A stretch of 64,000 nucleotides of DNA, from positions 160,001 through 224,000 of the forward strand of contig CAWGJT010000014.1 of assembly GCA_963822965.1 (NCBI GenBank), written 5' to 3'. Origin of the DNA: an uncultured delta proteobacterium (lineage in GTDB: Bacteria > Myxococcota_A > UBA9160 > UBA4427). Each line of letters opens with the position of its first letter. Position 1 is the stretch's first letter. Below are positions 63,233 to 64,000 of the stretch, piece after piece. Both the position numbers and the translations under genes were made by a program. A model generated the notes under the pieces. The model saw nothing but the letters and a program-made list of their open reading frames with translations, was not told the DNA's origin and did no database searches.

Positions 63233-63951
63233 TGTGTGACGTCTGTGGCTGTGGCGACCCCGAGAAGGTCTCCGTCGAGGTACACGAGGGCATCCTGTCC
63301 CAGAACGATCGGGTGGCTGCGCACAATCGCGACCACTTCCGGGAGCAGGGCGTCTTCGCGGTGAACCTGATGGGCTCCCCCGGCGCGGGCAAGACGGCGC
63401 TGCTCGAGGCCACGAGCCGGCGTGCGCGGGGGCTCTCGCTCGCGGCGCTCAGCGGGGACCTCGCCACCGACAACGACGCCACCCGCCTGGCGCGGGCGGG
63501 GATCCGATCGCGCAGCATCACCACCGGTTCGGCGTGCCATCTCGACGCGTCGATGGTCCACCACGGGCTTCACCATCTCGATTGGCGGGACGCGGACTGC
63601 GTGTTCGTCGAGAACGTGGGCAACCTGGTGTGCCCCGCCGTCTACGACCTCGGGCAGCACGCGAACGTCGTGGCCCTCTCCGTCACCGAGGGGGAGGACA
63701 AGCCGCTCAAGTATCCGGTGATGTTCCGCGTGGCCGACCTGGTGGTGCTCACGAAGGCCGACCTGCTGCCCCACCTGCCCGATGTGGACGAGATGCGCAT
63801 CCGGGAGGCGTTGGCTCGCGTGATGCCCGAGCCGAGGATGATCCGGGTCTCGGCGACGACCGGGGAGGGGATCGACGAGTGGCTGTCGTGGCTGCACGCC
63901 CGACTGCCGGCCGCGGAGGCGCTTCCACGGGTGGCGGCGCCCGTCGCCTGA
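63232..63951 (+). CDS. hypB: Nickel incorporation GTPase HypB
   Basis: MCDVCGC, GSPGAGKT, CHLDA, ENVGNLVCPA, EGEDKPLKYP, TKAD. Confidence 0.96.
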   Translation: MCDVCGCGDPEKVSVEVHEGILSQNDRVAAHNRDHFREQGVFAVNLMGSPGAGKTALLEATSRRARGLSLAALSGDLATDNDATRLARAGIRSRSITTGSACHLDASMVHHGLHHLDWRDADCVFVENVGNLVCPAVYDLGQHANVVALSVTEGEDKPLKYPVMFRVADLVVLTKADLLPHLPDVDEMRIREALARVMPEPRMIRVSATTGEGIDEWLSWLHARLPAAEALPRVAAPVA

Positions 63952-64000
63952 GGGCGGTCCCCGGGGCAGTGAGGAGCGATCCGCGGGCCGGGATGGTGGC

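Overview
This window is very GC-rich bacterial chromosomal DNA. An FHA-GGDEF protein, PEP-CTERM-type tails and many LLM/amidohydrolase/P450 genes suggest Myxococcota or a relative (inference only). It is densely coding, with about 55 genes; no rRNA, tRNA, CRISPR array or transposase was seen. Left to right it holds: ion transport and housekeeping genes (P-type ATPase, kbl/tdh, corA, cation:proton antiporter); lipid-oxidising enzymes; an orphan encapsulin-type ferritin; an RND pair; a lipid A/GT module; a 10-kb block of tailoring enzymes (HprK-like kinase, HemN-like radical SAM, amidohydrolase, APH kinase, nucleotidyltransferase, sulfotransferase, GTs, ferritin-like diiron protein); a MacAB-like ABC operon interrupted by an opposite-strand PEP-CTERM gene; a ClC channel; and a complete group 1 [NiFe]-hydrogenase operon (small-large-cyt b-protease-hypFCDE-crotonase-hypAB). 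The most notable feature is a stand-alone crotonase-fold gene translationally coupled between hypE and hypA. It carries a HypX-like Y..GLxGxE motif but no formyltransferase domain, which makes it a candidate new route to the hydrogenase CO ligand. Two families of CTAG-anchored palindromic repeats, including a 216-bp MITE-like element, are also present. Many genes carry single-base frameshifts in patches, most likely long-read errors, so their boundaries are approximate.
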